A stretch of DNA of 64,000 nt from Terrimicrobiaceae bacterium (GTDB lineage: Bacteria; Verrucomicrobiota; Verrucomicrobiia; Chthoniobacterales; Terrimicrobiaceae): NCBI GenBank assembly GCA_044342325.1, contig JBIIPZ010000001.1:79564-143563 (forward strand), in the 5' to 3' direction. Position numbers and translations under genes: made by a program. Positions 44,204 through 53,870 of this stretch are shown piece by piece. Within the stretch, counting starts at the first letter, position 1; each line of letters opens with the position of its first letter. Under the pieces are notes generated by a model. The model did not search any database. It worked only from the letters and a program-made list of their open reading frames with translations, and had not been told where the DNA came from.

Positions 44204-45658
44204 TCAGACGCCGGGCGGGCGCTGGCTCGAAAAACCCGCCGCCGTCTCATAGGCGTCGGCGATTCCCAGAAGGCGGGTTTCATCCAGCGCCTTGCCGAGG
44301 AATTGCAGTCCGACAGGAAGCTTTGAGCCGCCCTCCTCCACGAATCCGCACGGCACACTGATGCCGCAAATTCCGGCGAGGTTGGTCGCGATGGTGAAAA
44401 TATCCGCCAGATACATGCGGAGCGGGTCGTCCACGCGCTCGCCGATTTTGAAGGCCGCATCGGGTGATGTCGGGCAGATGAGGGCGTCCACTTTTTCAAA
44501 GGCGTTTTTGAAATCCTGCCGGATGAGCGTGCGAACCTTCTGGGCGCGCAGGTAGTAGGCATCGTAGTAACCGCTTGAGAGAACATAGGTGCCGAGAATG
44601 ATGCGGCGTTTGACCTCGCTGCCGAAGCCCTCCTCCCGAGAGCGCATGTAGTGGTCGAGCAGGTCGCGCGGATTCTTGGCGCGATGGCCGTAACGCACGC
44701 CGTCGAAGCGGGCCAGATTCGCCGAGGCCTCTGCTGTGGCGATGATGTAATACACGCCCACGGCATACGAGGTGTGCGGAAGCGAAACCTCAATGATCTC
44801 AGCTCCGAGTTCCTTGCAGCGCTGGATGGCTGCCTCGACTTGCGAGCGGACGCTTGGGTTCATGCCGTCCACGAAATATTCCTTCGGAACGCCCAGCTTC
44901 ACGCCTTTCAAGTCGCCGCCGAGCTTCGCGGTGAAATCCTCCGCCGGCAGGTCGAGTGAGGTCGAGTCGTGCGAATCCTTGCCGGTGATGACATTTAAAA
45001 TAGAGGCGCAATCCCGCGTCGTGCGGGCAATCGGGCCGATCTGGTCGAGGGATGATGCGAAGGCTACGAGGCCGTAGCGGGACACGCGGCCGTAGCTGGG
45101 CTTGAGGCCGACCACGCCGCAGAGCGCGGCCGGTTGGCGGATCGAACCGCCCGTGTCGCTGCCGAGAGTGGCGAAAGCCTCACGGGCCGCTACCGATGCC
45201 GCCGAGCCGCCGCTCGAGCCGCCCGGAATGCGTGTGGTATCCCAAGGATTGCGGGTCTTTTTGTAGGCGGAATTTTCGGTGGAGGAGCCCATGGCGAACT
45301 CGTCCATGTTCAGTCGGCCGTAGGGAATCGCTCCCGCCGCACGGAGCTTGCCGATGACGGTCGCGTCGTAGGGCGATTTGAATCCGGCGAGCATTTTGGA
45401 GGAGCAGGTGCAGGACTCGCCGAGCACATTGATAGCGTCCTTGATGCCGATGGGCACGCCGCCGAGAGGGAGGTTGATGTCCGCTTTCTCCGCAGCCGCC
45501 AGGGCCGTTTCAAAATCGCGGGAAAGGTAGGCGTCGATCGAGGGATCCACGGCAGCAATGCGTGCCTCGAGTGCGCGCAGTGCATCGGCGGGTGTGAAGT
45601 CTCCACGGCGGAAACCTGCTTGGAGTTCAGAAATGCTGAGATCGGTGAGTTCGCTCAT
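44204..45658 (-). CDS. gatA: Asp/Glu-tRNA amidotransferase subunit A
   Basis: PGGSSGGS, LGSDTGGSIRQP, GSEVKRRIILGTY. Confidence 0.97.
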   Translation of the reverse strand: MSELTDLSISELQAGFRRGDFTPADALRALEARIAAVDPSIDAYLSRDFETALAAAEKADINLPLGGVPIGIKDAINVLGESCTCSSKMLAGFKSPYDATVIGKLRAAGAIPYGRLNMDEFAMGSSTENSAYKKTRNPWDTTRIPGGSSGGSAASVAAREAFATLGSDTGGSIRQPAALCGVVGLKPSYGRVSRYGLVAFASSLDQIGPIARTTRDCASILNVITGKDSHDSTSLDLPAEDFTAKLGGDLKGVKLGVPKEYFVDGMNPSVRSQVEAAIQRCKELGAEIIEVSLPHTSYAVGVYYIIATAEASANLARFDGVRYGHRAKNPRDLLDHYMRSREEGFGSEVKRRIILGTYVLSSGYYDAYYLRAQKVRTLIRQDFKNAFEKVDALICPTSPDAAFKIGERVDDPLRMYLADIFTIATNLAGICGISVPCGFVEEGGSKLPVGLQFLGKALDETRLLGIADAYETAAGFSSQRPPGV

Positions 45659-45659
45659 T

Positions 45660-45947
45660 TTATTCAATCACTTTGGTCACCACGACGAGGTTGTTTGCGG
45701 AGTGCGGCGCATTGGCGAGCGCTGCCTCGCGGGTCAGGCCAGGATGGGAAACATCCTCGCGGAGGACATTGAAAACAGGGTTCGCGTGGGCCGTGGGCTC
45801 CACATTGGAAACATCGAGCGTCTTGAGTTGCTCGACATATTCCAGCACGCGGCCGAGCTGCGATTGGAATGTGGTGGCTTCTTCGTCGGTGAGTTCGATG
45901 CGGGCCAGGCGGGCGACATCTCGGACATCAAGGTTGGGACTGCTCAT
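45660..45947 (-). CDS. gatC: Asp/Glu-tRNA amidotransferase subunit C
   Basis: VARLARI, LDVSNVEPT, LRED, ALANAP; directly upstream of gatA. Confidence 0.93.
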   Translation of the reverse strand: MSSPNLDVRDVARLARIELTDEEATTFQSQLGRVLEYVEQLKTLDVSNVEPTAHANPVFNVLREDVSHPGLTREAALANAPHSANNLVVVTKVIE

Positions 45948-45999
45948 GCGCGGATATTGGTAGGAGTTCGAGGGCGATTTGTCCAAAAGTTTGATCCCG

Positions 46000-46758
46000 T
46001 CACGGTAGAATCTCCCGCAGGCGTTCGACCAGCGGATGCTCGACGCGCTGCGTTTGGCCATCCGGATCAAGCAAAAGCAGGTGTCCTTCCGGATCCAATC
46101 CCGTGAAAAGTCCGGCAACGCTTCCACCCGTGGAGAGCTGGATCTCAACAGGCGAGGGGACCTGCCAGCTTTGGTTGAGTTCCTCGATGGCCGCCGCCAT
46201 GCCGCCGCTTTGCATTTCGGCATGCGCGCTAGAGAGTGCCTCCAGGACGCCATGCGCTACGGCAGCGATATCTGGCGGCTCGATCCACTCGGCGAGGTTC
46301 GTGGCTGTGGCGCGGAGGGCGGGATCGTCCAGCCATGGTTCGTTGGTGATGTTTAATCCAAACCCGACGATGAGCATGCCGCTGGCGGGTTGCTCGATGA
46401 GCAGACCTGCCACTTTGCGCGGTCCGCACATGAGATCGTTCGGCCAGCGAAGGCGCGCGGAGGGGATGCCGAGGCTTTTCAGGTAGCGCAGCAGGCACGC
46501 GCCAACGCGGAGTGAAAAACCCGCCCACTGCTCCGGCATTCCAATTGCCGGCATCGCTGCTGAAATCCACAGACCGCCCTGCCCTGAAACAAACGCCCTC
46601 CCGAAACGCCCCCGGCCCTTGCTTTGCACATCCGCCCGCACCGCCGACCATGCCGCCAGTTCGCGACAAATATCGTTCGTCGATCCAGCCGAGGGATAAT
46701 GCCGCAACACCCACTCCGTTCCACACCCCGTCAGATATTTTTCCTCTTCAAAATTCAC
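46000..46758 (-). CDS. birA: Biotin--[acetyl-CoA-carboxylase] ligase (no HTH)
   Basis: GSTN, Q..GRGR.GR.F, RWPND, KVAGLLIE, GFGLN. Confidence 0.88.
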   Translation of the reverse strand: MNFEEEKYLTGCGTEWVLRHYPSAGSTNDICRELAAWSAVRADVQSKGRGRFGRAFVSGQGGLWISAAMPAIGMPEQWAGFSLRVGACLLRYLKSLGIPSARLRWPNDLMCGPRKVAGLLIEQPASGMLIVGFGLNITNEPWLDDPALRATATNLAEWIEPPDIAAVAHGVLEALSSAHAEMQSGGMAAAIEELNQSWQVPSPVEIQLSTGGSVAGLFTGLDPEGHLLLLDPDGQTQRVEHPLVERLREILP

Positions 46759-46977
46759 TCACCTAAACAAAACACTCCAGCAGCATTTACAAGATCAACA
46801 GAACCACTGGAACGCCACTCGAGGCTTCGAGCGCCAAGTAAAAATAACGCCCATATAGCCTTATCCAAAATTTCTCCGTGCCCTTTGTGTCCTCTGTGGT
46901 CAATCCCTCCCGATGCGCACCCAAGAAAGACATTGCCCCTCGGGCGGTTTTCCAAAACATTACCCGTCTTTCTTTTC

Positions 46978-48693
46978 ATGAGCACCGACACACAGGAACC
47001 AAAGCCACTCAGCGCAAACGAAGTCCTCAAAGCCGCATCGCACCACCTGCGCGGCACGATCGCCCAGGAACTCGCCGACACCTCCACGGGAGCCATCGCC
47101 GAGGAGACCGGTCAGCTGACGAAATTCCATGGGCTTTATCTTCAAGACGACCGTGACCTCCGCGTGGCGCTCAAGAAGGCGGGTAAGGAAAAAGCCTTCT
47201 CCTTCATGCTCCGTGTGCGCCTGCCCGGCGGCAAGGCAACGCCCGCCCAGTGGCTCGTTCTCAATAAGCTCGCGGGGGATGTCTCCTCGCCCTCGCTCCG
47301 TCTCACCACGCGCCAAACCTTCCAATTCCACGGCGTGCTCAAGGGCAATGTCAAAAAGCTCGTCAAGGGCATGCACCAGGTTCTCCTCGATTCCATCGCC
47401 GCCTGTGGTGATGTGAACCGCAATGTCATGGCGCCGCCAAACCCCGAGCGCAGCGTGGCGGCCCAGCAGGTCTACGATGCCGCTGTGTCCTGGAGCGAAT
47501 TCGCCCTTCCTAAAACCCGTGCCTACCATGAAATCTACCTCGATGAGGAACTCGTCGCCGGCGGCGAGCCCGAGCGCGAGCCCATGTATGGAGACACCTA
47601 CCTCCCGCGCAAATTCAAGACCGGCTTTGTGCTGCCTCCCTCTAACGATGTGGATGTCTTTTCCCAGGATCTTGGCTACATCGCGATCATCGAGGACGGC
47701 AAGCTCGTCGGCTACAATGTCACGGTCGGCGGCGGGCTCGGAATGAGCCATGGAAATGCCGAAACCTTCCCGCGCCTAGCCGATGTTCTGGGCTTCATCA
47801 CTCCCGACCAGGTCAATAAAGTCGGAGAGGCCATCCTCACCACCCAGCGTGACTTCGGCGACCGCACAAACCGCAAGCATGCGCGTCTCAAATACACCAT
47901 CCAGGATCGCGGCATTGCCTGGTTCAAAGGCGAGGTCGAGAAACGCTCGGGCATTGTCTTTGGTCCGGCCCGCGACTTCCATTTCACCACGATTCAAGAT
48001 CCCTTTGGTTGGCACGAGTGCACCGACGGCACTTGGTTTTACGGCTTGCACATTCTCAGCGGACGCATCATCGACAAGGAAGGCTGGGCGATGAAAACCG
48101 CCCTCCGCGAAATCGCCGAAATCCATACCGGCGACTTCCGCCTCACTCCTTCCCAAAACCTCACCATCTCCGGCGTCACCGCCGCACAGAAGCCTGTCAT
48201 TGAAGCGATCCTCGCCAAGCACGGTCTCGACAAGGAAAACGACCGCTCTGGCATGCGTTTGAATGCCCTCTCCTGCGTGGCCCTGCCCACCTGTGGCCTC
48301 GCCCTCGCCGAGAGCGAGCGCGCCCTGCCCGAGTTGCTCGAAAAATTCGAAACCGTCCTCGAGGAGCACGGCCTCGCCCACGATGCCATCAGCATCCGCA
48401 TCACCGGTTGCCCGAACGGCTGCGCCCGACCCTACCTCGGCGAAATCGGCCTCGTCGGCAAAGCGCCGAACAAATACGCCCTCTATGTCGGCGCCGCCTA
48501 CAACGGCACCCGTCTGAACCGCCTCATGTCGCCCAGCACGACAATGGATGGTGCCGTCGAAATGCTCCGCCCGGTCATCAAGCGCTACTCCCTCGAGCGT
48601 CAACCCGGCGAAGGCTTCGGTGACTTCTGCAACCGCGCCATCCTGCCCGCCGACGCCACATTCCACAGCATCGGCACGCAAGTAGCGGCATAA
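46978..48693 (+). CDS. cysI: Sulfite reductase hemoprotein subunit
   Basis: KFHG.Y.QDDRD, TTRQTFQFHG, ACGDVNRN, LPRKFK, CVALPTC, GCPNGC. Confidence 0.92.
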   Translation: MSTDTQEPKPLSANEVLKAASHHLRGTIAQELADTSTGAIAEETGQLTKFHGLYLQDDRDLRVALKKAGKEKAFSFMLRVRLPGGKATPAQWLVLNKLAGDVSSPSLRLTTRQTFQFHGVLKGNVKKLVKGMHQVLLDSIAACGDVNRNVMAPPNPERSVAAQQVYDAAVSWSEFALPKTRAYHEIYLDEELVAGGEPEREPMYGDTYLPRKFKTGFVLPPSNDVDVFSQDLGYIAIIEDGKLVGYNVTVGGGLGMSHGNAETFPRLADVLGFITPDQVNKVGEAILTTQRDFGDRTNRKHARLKYTIQDRGIAWFKGEVEKRSGIVFGPARDFHFTTIQDPFGWHECTDGTWFYGLHILSGRIIDKEGWAMKTALREIAEIHTGDFRLTPSQNLTISGVTAAQKPVIEAILAKHGLDKENDRSGMRLNALSCVALPTCGLALAESERALPELLEKFETVLEEHGLAHDAISIRITGCPNGCARPYLGEIGLVGKAPNKYALYVGAAYNGTRLNRLMSPSTTMDGAVEMLRPVIKRYSLERQPGEGFGDFCNRAILPADATFHSIGTQVAA

Positions 48694-48906
48694 GAAAACC
48701 ACACGCAATCTTTTGGAGGGTCAACCTTTGCCTTGCTTCGTGCCCCTGCTCGCTGCGCCCTACGGGCCATCTGCGATGCGCTTCCTCCGCCGCGCCCGCG
48801 GCTTCGGTTGGCTTGACCCAAGACTGAAACGCTCTGTCATCACGGCGTTCCTTCCGAATTACCCCTGCGCGCCAATTGGACTTGGGCGGACACCAAGCTT
48901 CTGCGC

Positions 48907-50496
48907 CTAAAATTTCTGCTTCAGGAAAATCCTCCTTAGGGGATGTTCGTCGAGGACATTGGCTTTCAGGCCGCCAATCTTCGAGGGGTCGTAGAGCTGT
49001 ATACCCACATAGTAGTAGATTGGGCAGACGGGCATGGCTTTTTGCACTAGCAGATCTTCTGCGCGGCGGAGAATCTCGAAGCGGCGCGCGGGATCGAGTT
49101 CGCGGGCGGCTTCGGCGATGAGGTTGTCGTATTCGGAGCTGGACCAGCCCGTGCGGTTGTTTCCGCCGCCTGTCAGGAACATGTCGAGAAAAGTATTCGG
49201 GTCTGGATAATCGCCGACCCAGCTGGAGCGGGCAATGTCGTAGTCGAGAAGCGAGAGGGAGTTCAGGTAAACTTTCCACTCCTGCCGCTCAAGGTTCACA
49301 TTCACGCCCAGAGCCTCGCGCCACATGCTTTGAAGCTCCACGGCGATCGCCTCGTTGAGTTCACTTTTACTGTAGAGGTAGCGGGCGTTGGGAAATCCCT
49401 TGCCGCCTGGATAACCGGCCTCGGCCATCAGGCGGGCGGCTTCCGTGGGATCAAATGCCACCCCTTCGGTTCCCTCATAGCCGGGGATGCCCGGCGGGAC
49501 AAAACCCGGCGCCGGCAACTCTCCCGCGCGGGTTATTTTTTCGACGATGCGTTTCTTATCCACCGCCAGCGAAAAAGCCCTCCGCACCCGCTCGTCGCTG
49601 AACGGTCCGCGCTCGCAGTTGTAGCGCAGAAAGTAAATCCCCAGAAACGGCGCGGCGTGGAAATCCTCCCGACGCTTCAGGTCGTCGAGCAGCGCCGGCG
49701 GGGCGAGGCCTTTATCCATGAGAAGGTCCGCCAGGCCACTGGCATAAAAATTAAACGCCACATTCGCATCCGAGATTGGCAGGACATCGATTGTTTCGAG
49801 TTGCACCCCGCTATGATCCCAATAGTGGGCGTTCTTTTTCAGGCGAATCCGATCGTTGATCCGCCAATCCTCCAGCGTGTAGGCACCGTTTCCGATCAGC
49901 TTGCCGGGCTTCACCCAATCGTCGCCTAGACGCTCGATGAGCCGCACTGGAACTGGGTGGAGCGTGGAAAAAGCACAGAGCTGGATGAAGTATGGTGTGG
50001 GATTTTCGAGCTCCACAATCAACGTCCGGTCGTCCATCGCTCGAACTCCTACGTGCGCAAAGTCTGTGATTTTTCCTTCCGCAAAAGCTTGGGCGTTTTT
50101 GATCGGGAAGAGTTGGTAGTTGTATTGCGAACCGGTCTCCGGCGTGAGCGTGCGTTTCCAGCTGTCCACGAAATCCCTCGCCGTCAGCGCGCTGCCATCG
50201 CTCCACTTGGCAGTCGGCCTCAGATGGAATGTGTAGGTCTTTCCATCCGGCGAAATGTCCCATCGCTCCGCGACGCCCGGCACGGCTTGCCCATTCTCGT
50301 CATAGGCGCAGAGGCCTTCGAAGAGAGCGTTAACGACCCGTCCCTCCGGTTGGCCGGTGATGATCGCCGGGTCGAGCGTCTCGGGTTCCGCACCATTTAT
50401 GAAAACCAAATCCGCACGCTTGCCGTCGCGCTCGCAGCCTGCAAGGGCCAGTCCAAGAATTGCCATGCAAATCCAGCGTCCGAGGCGTAACATCAT
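48907..50496 (-). CDS. oppA: Peptide ABC transporter substrate-binding lipoprotein (OppA family)
   Basis: LALAGC lipobox, EPETLDP, KWSDG..LTA.DF, WVGDYPDP.TF. Confidence 0.9.
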   Translation of the reverse strand: MMLRLGRWICMAILGLALAGCERDGKRADLVFINGAEPETLDPAIITGQPEGRVVNALFEGLCAYDENGQAVPGVAERWDISPDGKTYTFHLRPTAKWSDGSALTARDFVDSWKRTLTPETGSQYNYQLFPIKNAQAFAEGKITDFAHVGVRAMDDRTLIVELENPTPYFIQLCAFSTLHPVPVRLIERLGDDWVKPGKLIGNGAYTLEDWRINDRIRLKKNAHYWDHSGVQLETIDVLPISDANVAFNFYASGLADLLMDKGLAPPALLDDLKRREDFHAAPFLGIYFLRYNCERGPFSDERVRRAFSLAVDKKRIVEKITRAGELPAPGFVPPGIPGYEGTEGVAFDPTEAARLMAEAGYPGGKGFPNARYLYSKSELNEAIAVELQSMWREALGVNVNLERQEWKVYLNSLSLLDYDIARSSWVGDYPDPNTFLDMFLTGGGNNRTGWSSSEYDNLIAEAARELDPARRFEILRRAEDLLVQKAMPVCPIYYYVGIQLYDPSKIGGLKANVLDEHPLRRIFLKQKF

Positions 50497-50502
50497 TCGA
50501 CT

Positions 50503-51036
50503 ATGAAAGCGGGAATCCTTTTCTCTGCAATGTTGATCACTCTGCTGCTCGCTGGGTGCGCCTCGCGTCCACCGCTCCCGACAGTGCCTCGAGTGGATCT
50601 CAAACGCTACGAAGGCCGCTGGTTCGAAATCGCAAAATACCCGAATTGGTTCCAACGCGGATGTGTGGCTGACACCACAGCTGAATACACCGCGCAGCCG
50701 GATGGCAGCATTCGCATCATGAATCGTTGCCGCCAAAAAAACGGATCCATCCGCGAGGCGAAAGGGCAGGCCACAATTGTGCCGGGGTCCAACAACTCGA
50801 AACTCCGCGTCCGCTTTGCCGGGAGTCCCATCGCCGGCGACTACTGGATCATCGGACTGGATGAAAAAAACTACTCCTGGGCGCTGGTGGGGCATCCCTC
50901 GCGGCAGTTCCTCTGGATTCTTGCCCGTGAGCCGCAGCTCGCCCCGACGAGTTATTCCAATATCGTCTCGCTTGCCGAGAAACTTGGCTACAAAGCCGCC
51001 CGCATCGAGAAAAGCACGCAAACATCATCCAAATGA
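50503..51036 (+). CDS. blc: Lipocalin family lipoprotein (Blc-like)
   Basis: LLAGC, VDLKRYEGRWFEIA, GDYWI, LWILAR. Confidence 0.9.
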   Translation: MKAGILFSAMLITLLLAGCASRPPLPTVPRVDLKRYEGRWFEIAKYPNWFQRGCVADTTAEYTAQPDGSIRIMNRCRQKNGSIREAKGQATIVPGSNNSKLRVRFAGSPIAGDYWIIGLDEKNYSWALVGHPSRQFLWILAREPQLAPTSYSNIVSLAEKLGYKAARIEKSTQTSSK

Positions 51037-51536
51037 ACCACGATTTCCGCCGCGCTCGGCTCTATCTAAGCCGAGCCTGTCTGCTCAAATGCCCCGAGTG
51101 TGGCACAAGGCCTATTTTCCTGCCGCTCCTGCGTATCCGCAGCCTGCGCGACTACTTCACGCCGCTTGATGGCTGCCCGCGCTGCGGCTACGCTTACGAG
51201 AGGGAAACCGGATACTTCCTGCTCGCCGTCTGGGCCATCAACTACGGTTTCGGCAGCATTCTCGGAATCGCGATCTATTGCTTTTTAGAGTTCAACTACC
51301 ACCTCTCGCTTCCTGTTTTGCTGGGGAGTGTCATCACGCCGGTTGTGCTCTTCAATTTTTTCTTCGCCCGCCACTCGAAGGCATTGTTCCTCGCCCTCGA
51401 CCATTACTTCGATCCCCACACGAAGGATGGCTCAGGCGGAGGCGGCGGGAGTGGAAAAACAAACCCGCCCACAAGTCCGGTTCCCGCTGCTCCGGTTGAT
51501 GCCCCCAGGCCCGTGGAGCCAGCTCTCCACATCTGA
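51033..51536 (+). CDS. DUF983-like Zn-ribbon membrane protein
   Basis: CPECG...CPRCG..YERE.GYF followed by two transmembrane helices. Confidence 0.75.
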   Translation: MNHDFRRARLYLSRACLLKCPECGTRPIFLPLLRIRSLRDYFTPLDGCPRCGYAYERETGYFLLAVWAINYGFGSILGIAIYCFLEFNYHLSLPVLLGSVITPVVLFNFFFARHSKALFLALDHYFDPHTKDGSGGGGGSGKTNPPTSPVPAAPVDAPRPVEPALHI

Positions 51537-51545
51537 TTTTCGCTA

Positions 51546-52391
51546 ATGCACCTTCTCAAGCTCAACTGTCCCGACGCCGTAGGCCTGCTGGCCCGTATCA
51601 CAGGATTCATTGCAGCTTCCGGTGGAAATCTTCTCGATGTGAGCCAATACACCGACCCCGTGTCGCGATGGTTTTTTACCCGGCTTGCCTTCACCGGTGG
51701 CATGGTGGAGGACGACTTTGCTCGATTCGAGCAAGACACGCGCGTATTGGCTGATTCGATGAATGCCGAGTGGACGCTGCGCCACTCCGACCGGCCCGTG
51801 CGCACGGTCATTCTCGTCAGTAAGCAGGATCATTGCCTTGTCGACCTGCTCTGGCGCTGGCGCTCACGCGAGTTGAATATCGATCTCCCACTCGTGCTTT
51901 CAAATCACGATGACGCCCGCCCATTGGTCGAACGCGAAGGTATTTGTTTCGAGAAAATAGATTTCTCCAGCGACAAACCCGCCGCCTTCGAGCAATTGGC
52001 CTCCCGCTTGCGTGCGGAGGGTGCCGAACTCGTCATTCTCGCCCGTTTCATGCAAATCCTCCCCGAGGCCCTCTGCCGCGAGTTCGCCGGGAAGGTCATC
52101 AATATCCACCATTCCTTTCTCCCCGCCTTTGTTGGAGCCAATCCCTATCGCCGCGCTTTCGAACGCGGAGTGAAACTGATCGGCGCGACCTGCCACTACG
52201 CCACCGAGGACCTCGACCAAGGGCCGATCATCGAGCAGGAGGTCTCGCGCGTGGAGCACTACCACGAACCCGACGACCTCATCCGCCTCGGCCGCGATTG
52301 CGAGCGCCTCGCACTGGCCCGCGGAGTCCGATTCCATGTCGAGGACCGAGTTCTCGTGCATGGCACCCGCGCCATCGTCTTCCGCGATTAA
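51546..52391 (+). CDS. purU: Formyltetrahydrofolate deformylase
   Basis: ACT domain CPD..G, VSK..HCL, INIHHSFLP.F.GA.PY, GPIIEQ. Confidence 0.95.
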   Translation: MHLLKLNCPDAVGLLARITGFIAASGGNLLDVSQYTDPVSRWFFTRLAFTGGMVEDDFARFEQDTRVLADSMNAEWTLRHSDRPVRTVILVSKQDHCLVDLLWRWRSRELNIDLPLVLSNHDDARPLVEREGICFEKIDFSSDKPAAFEQLASRLRAEGAELVILARFMQILPEALCREFAGKVINIHHSFLPAFVGANPYRRAFERGVKLIGATCHYATEDLDQGPIIEQEVSRVEHYHEPDDLIRLGRDCERLALARGVRFHVEDRVLVHGTRAIVFRD

Positions 52392-52459
52392 CTGCTCCTC
52401 GGACCGCCAAACTCCACTCAGTCCTCGTCAACGCACGAACCAAAAATTTGGACGATCGT

Positions 52460-53137
52460 TCAAATTTTTGGTCGGCGGTTTTTGTTGAAGATGCGAAACC
52501 AGTTGGCGAAGTGTTTTTTTAGGCCCTCGCGGAAGGTCAGGTAGTGGCCTTCAGGCTGGCCGCCTTTTCTGAGGGCGGCGAGGAGGGCGGGGACCGACAG
52601 TTCGTCCAAATCAAATGAGGTCCACGAAATGCCGGCGGCAGAGTCGTGGTGGGCGTCGCTGGCGGCGGTCATGGAGAGGCCACGGGATTTTGCGTATTGC
52701 AGCGCTTTCTCGTTGTAGGCTTTTGCGGTTACGGCTGCGTTGAAGACTTCGAGTGCCTCGATGTCGAGTGTGTCGAGCGTTTCGGCTCGAATACCCGCGC
52801 GCCATTTGTCGAAAGGATGGGCTGGAATGCCGACGCCGCCGGCCCTTTTGATTTCCGCGAGCACTTCGCGGGCGGGTTTGCCTTTGAGGTATGGGAGTGT
52901 GGCACCGATGCAGAGGAGGTGTCCTTCCGCAGTGCTCACCTCTACGCCGGGTATGACGAGGAACCCCTCCGGCAGTTGGCGTCCCCGAAGGTAATCGTGG
53001 ACCTCGCAGGTGTTGTGGTCGGTTATCGCGATTCCACTGAGGCCACGGCGCCGGGCCGCTTCGATCATTTCCTCGGGGCTGTTGCAGGCATCCGTGGAAA
53101 AAAATGTGTGCGTGTGGAGATCGAATCGATGGAGCAT
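52460..53137 (-). CDS. PHP-domain metal-dependent hydrolase
   Basis: DLHTHT, AITDHN, G.EVST..GH, AHPF, SDAH. Confidence 0.88.
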   Translation of the reverse strand: MLHRFDLHTHTFFSTDACNSPEEMIEAARRRGLSGIAITDHNTCEVHDYLRGRQLPEGFLVIPGVEVSTAEGHLLCIGATLPYLKGKPAREVLAEIKRAGGVGIPAHPFDKWRAGIRAETLDTLDIEALEVFNAAVTAKAYNEKALQYAKSRGLSMTAASDAHHDSAAGISWTSFDLDELSVPALLAALRKGGQPEGHYLTFREGLKKHFANWFRIFNKNRRPKI

Positions 53138-53193
53138 GAATGCGTAAGGTTTCCCTTGTAGGCGGAACTTGTGTAAAGAACGAACTCAACAAC

Positions 53194-53733
53194 ATGAGTG
53201 TGGCATTCAAGGAATGGGCCGTCGTCTGCGAGGCGATTGGCAGTGGCAGGCAAAGCATCATGCTCCGTAAGGGGGGCATTGCTGAAGGACGCGATGGGTT
53301 CGCCTTCAAGCATCAGGAATTCTTTCTTTTCCCGACATGGTTTCACGAGCAGTTGGAAAAAACGACGCTTCCAGTGGGAACATTGCTCCCACCTCAATTG
53401 GAGGGCGAAATCGAAATTCGCCACGCTGTGACTTTGGAATGGAGTCGTCTCGTCACCGATGCGGCTCGGTTGCCTTCGCTGCGTGAGTTCCACATCCTCC
53501 ATGACAGCGTGATTGAGGAGCGCTTCCGCTATGATGAGACGCCGGGTATTCATGTCGCTTTCGTGCGTGGATTCCGTCTCGCATCGCCTCAGCGGCTCGC
53601 CATGCAGAAAAACTTCGGTGGCTGCCGCTCATGGCTCGACCTTCCGGGGCTGGACGACGCCGAACTTATACCGGTAATCAGCGACGAGGAACATGCCGCC
53701 AGAAGAGACGCTCTCCAAGCCCTGCTGGGCTGA
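53194..53733 (+). CDS. DUF1802 family protein
   Basis: AFKEWA, G.Q..LRKGGI.E, FFLFPT..H, GCRSW. Confidence 0.85.
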   Translation: MSVAFKEWAVVCEAIGSGRQSIMLRKGGIAEGRDGFAFKHQEFFLFPTWFHEQLEKTTLPVGTLLPPQLEGEIEIRHAVTLEWSRLVTDAARLPSLREFHILHDSVIEERFRYDETPGIHVAFVRGFRLASPQRLAMQKNFGGCRSWLDLPGLDDAELIPVISDEEHAARRDALQALLG

Positions 53734-53756
53734 CTCGAGCTATCCGTAGGTTTTCC

Positions 53757-53870
53757 TCATGTCGTAGAATCAGGTCCATAGCATGGAACTTTCGGATCTT
53801 CGTTGCCTTTAGGTTGATAGAGGCTATCGGTGAAGGAATCGGCGATGATGAACTGTGTGGGTTGGATCAT
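53757..53870 (-). pseudogene. N-terminal stump of a UvrD-like defence-island helicase
   Basis: MIQPTQFIIADSFTDSL resembles the F.IADTFTDSL N-terminus recalled for such helicases; ATGA overlap with the upstream ATPase; stop after 37 codons. Confidence 0.5.

Noticed and set aside
46878..46901. gtgccctttgtgtcctctgtggt short repeat-like motif upstream of cysI
   Set aside because: Resembles short intergenic repeats seen in other bacteria, but only one copy is in this window.
48907..51021. Long N-terminal extensions in the ORF track (oppA 704 aa, MBL 404 aa, cysI 689 aa, gatC 197 aa) as fusions
   Set aside because: The extensions overlap real opposite-strand or upstream genes; internal starts match the family N-termini.
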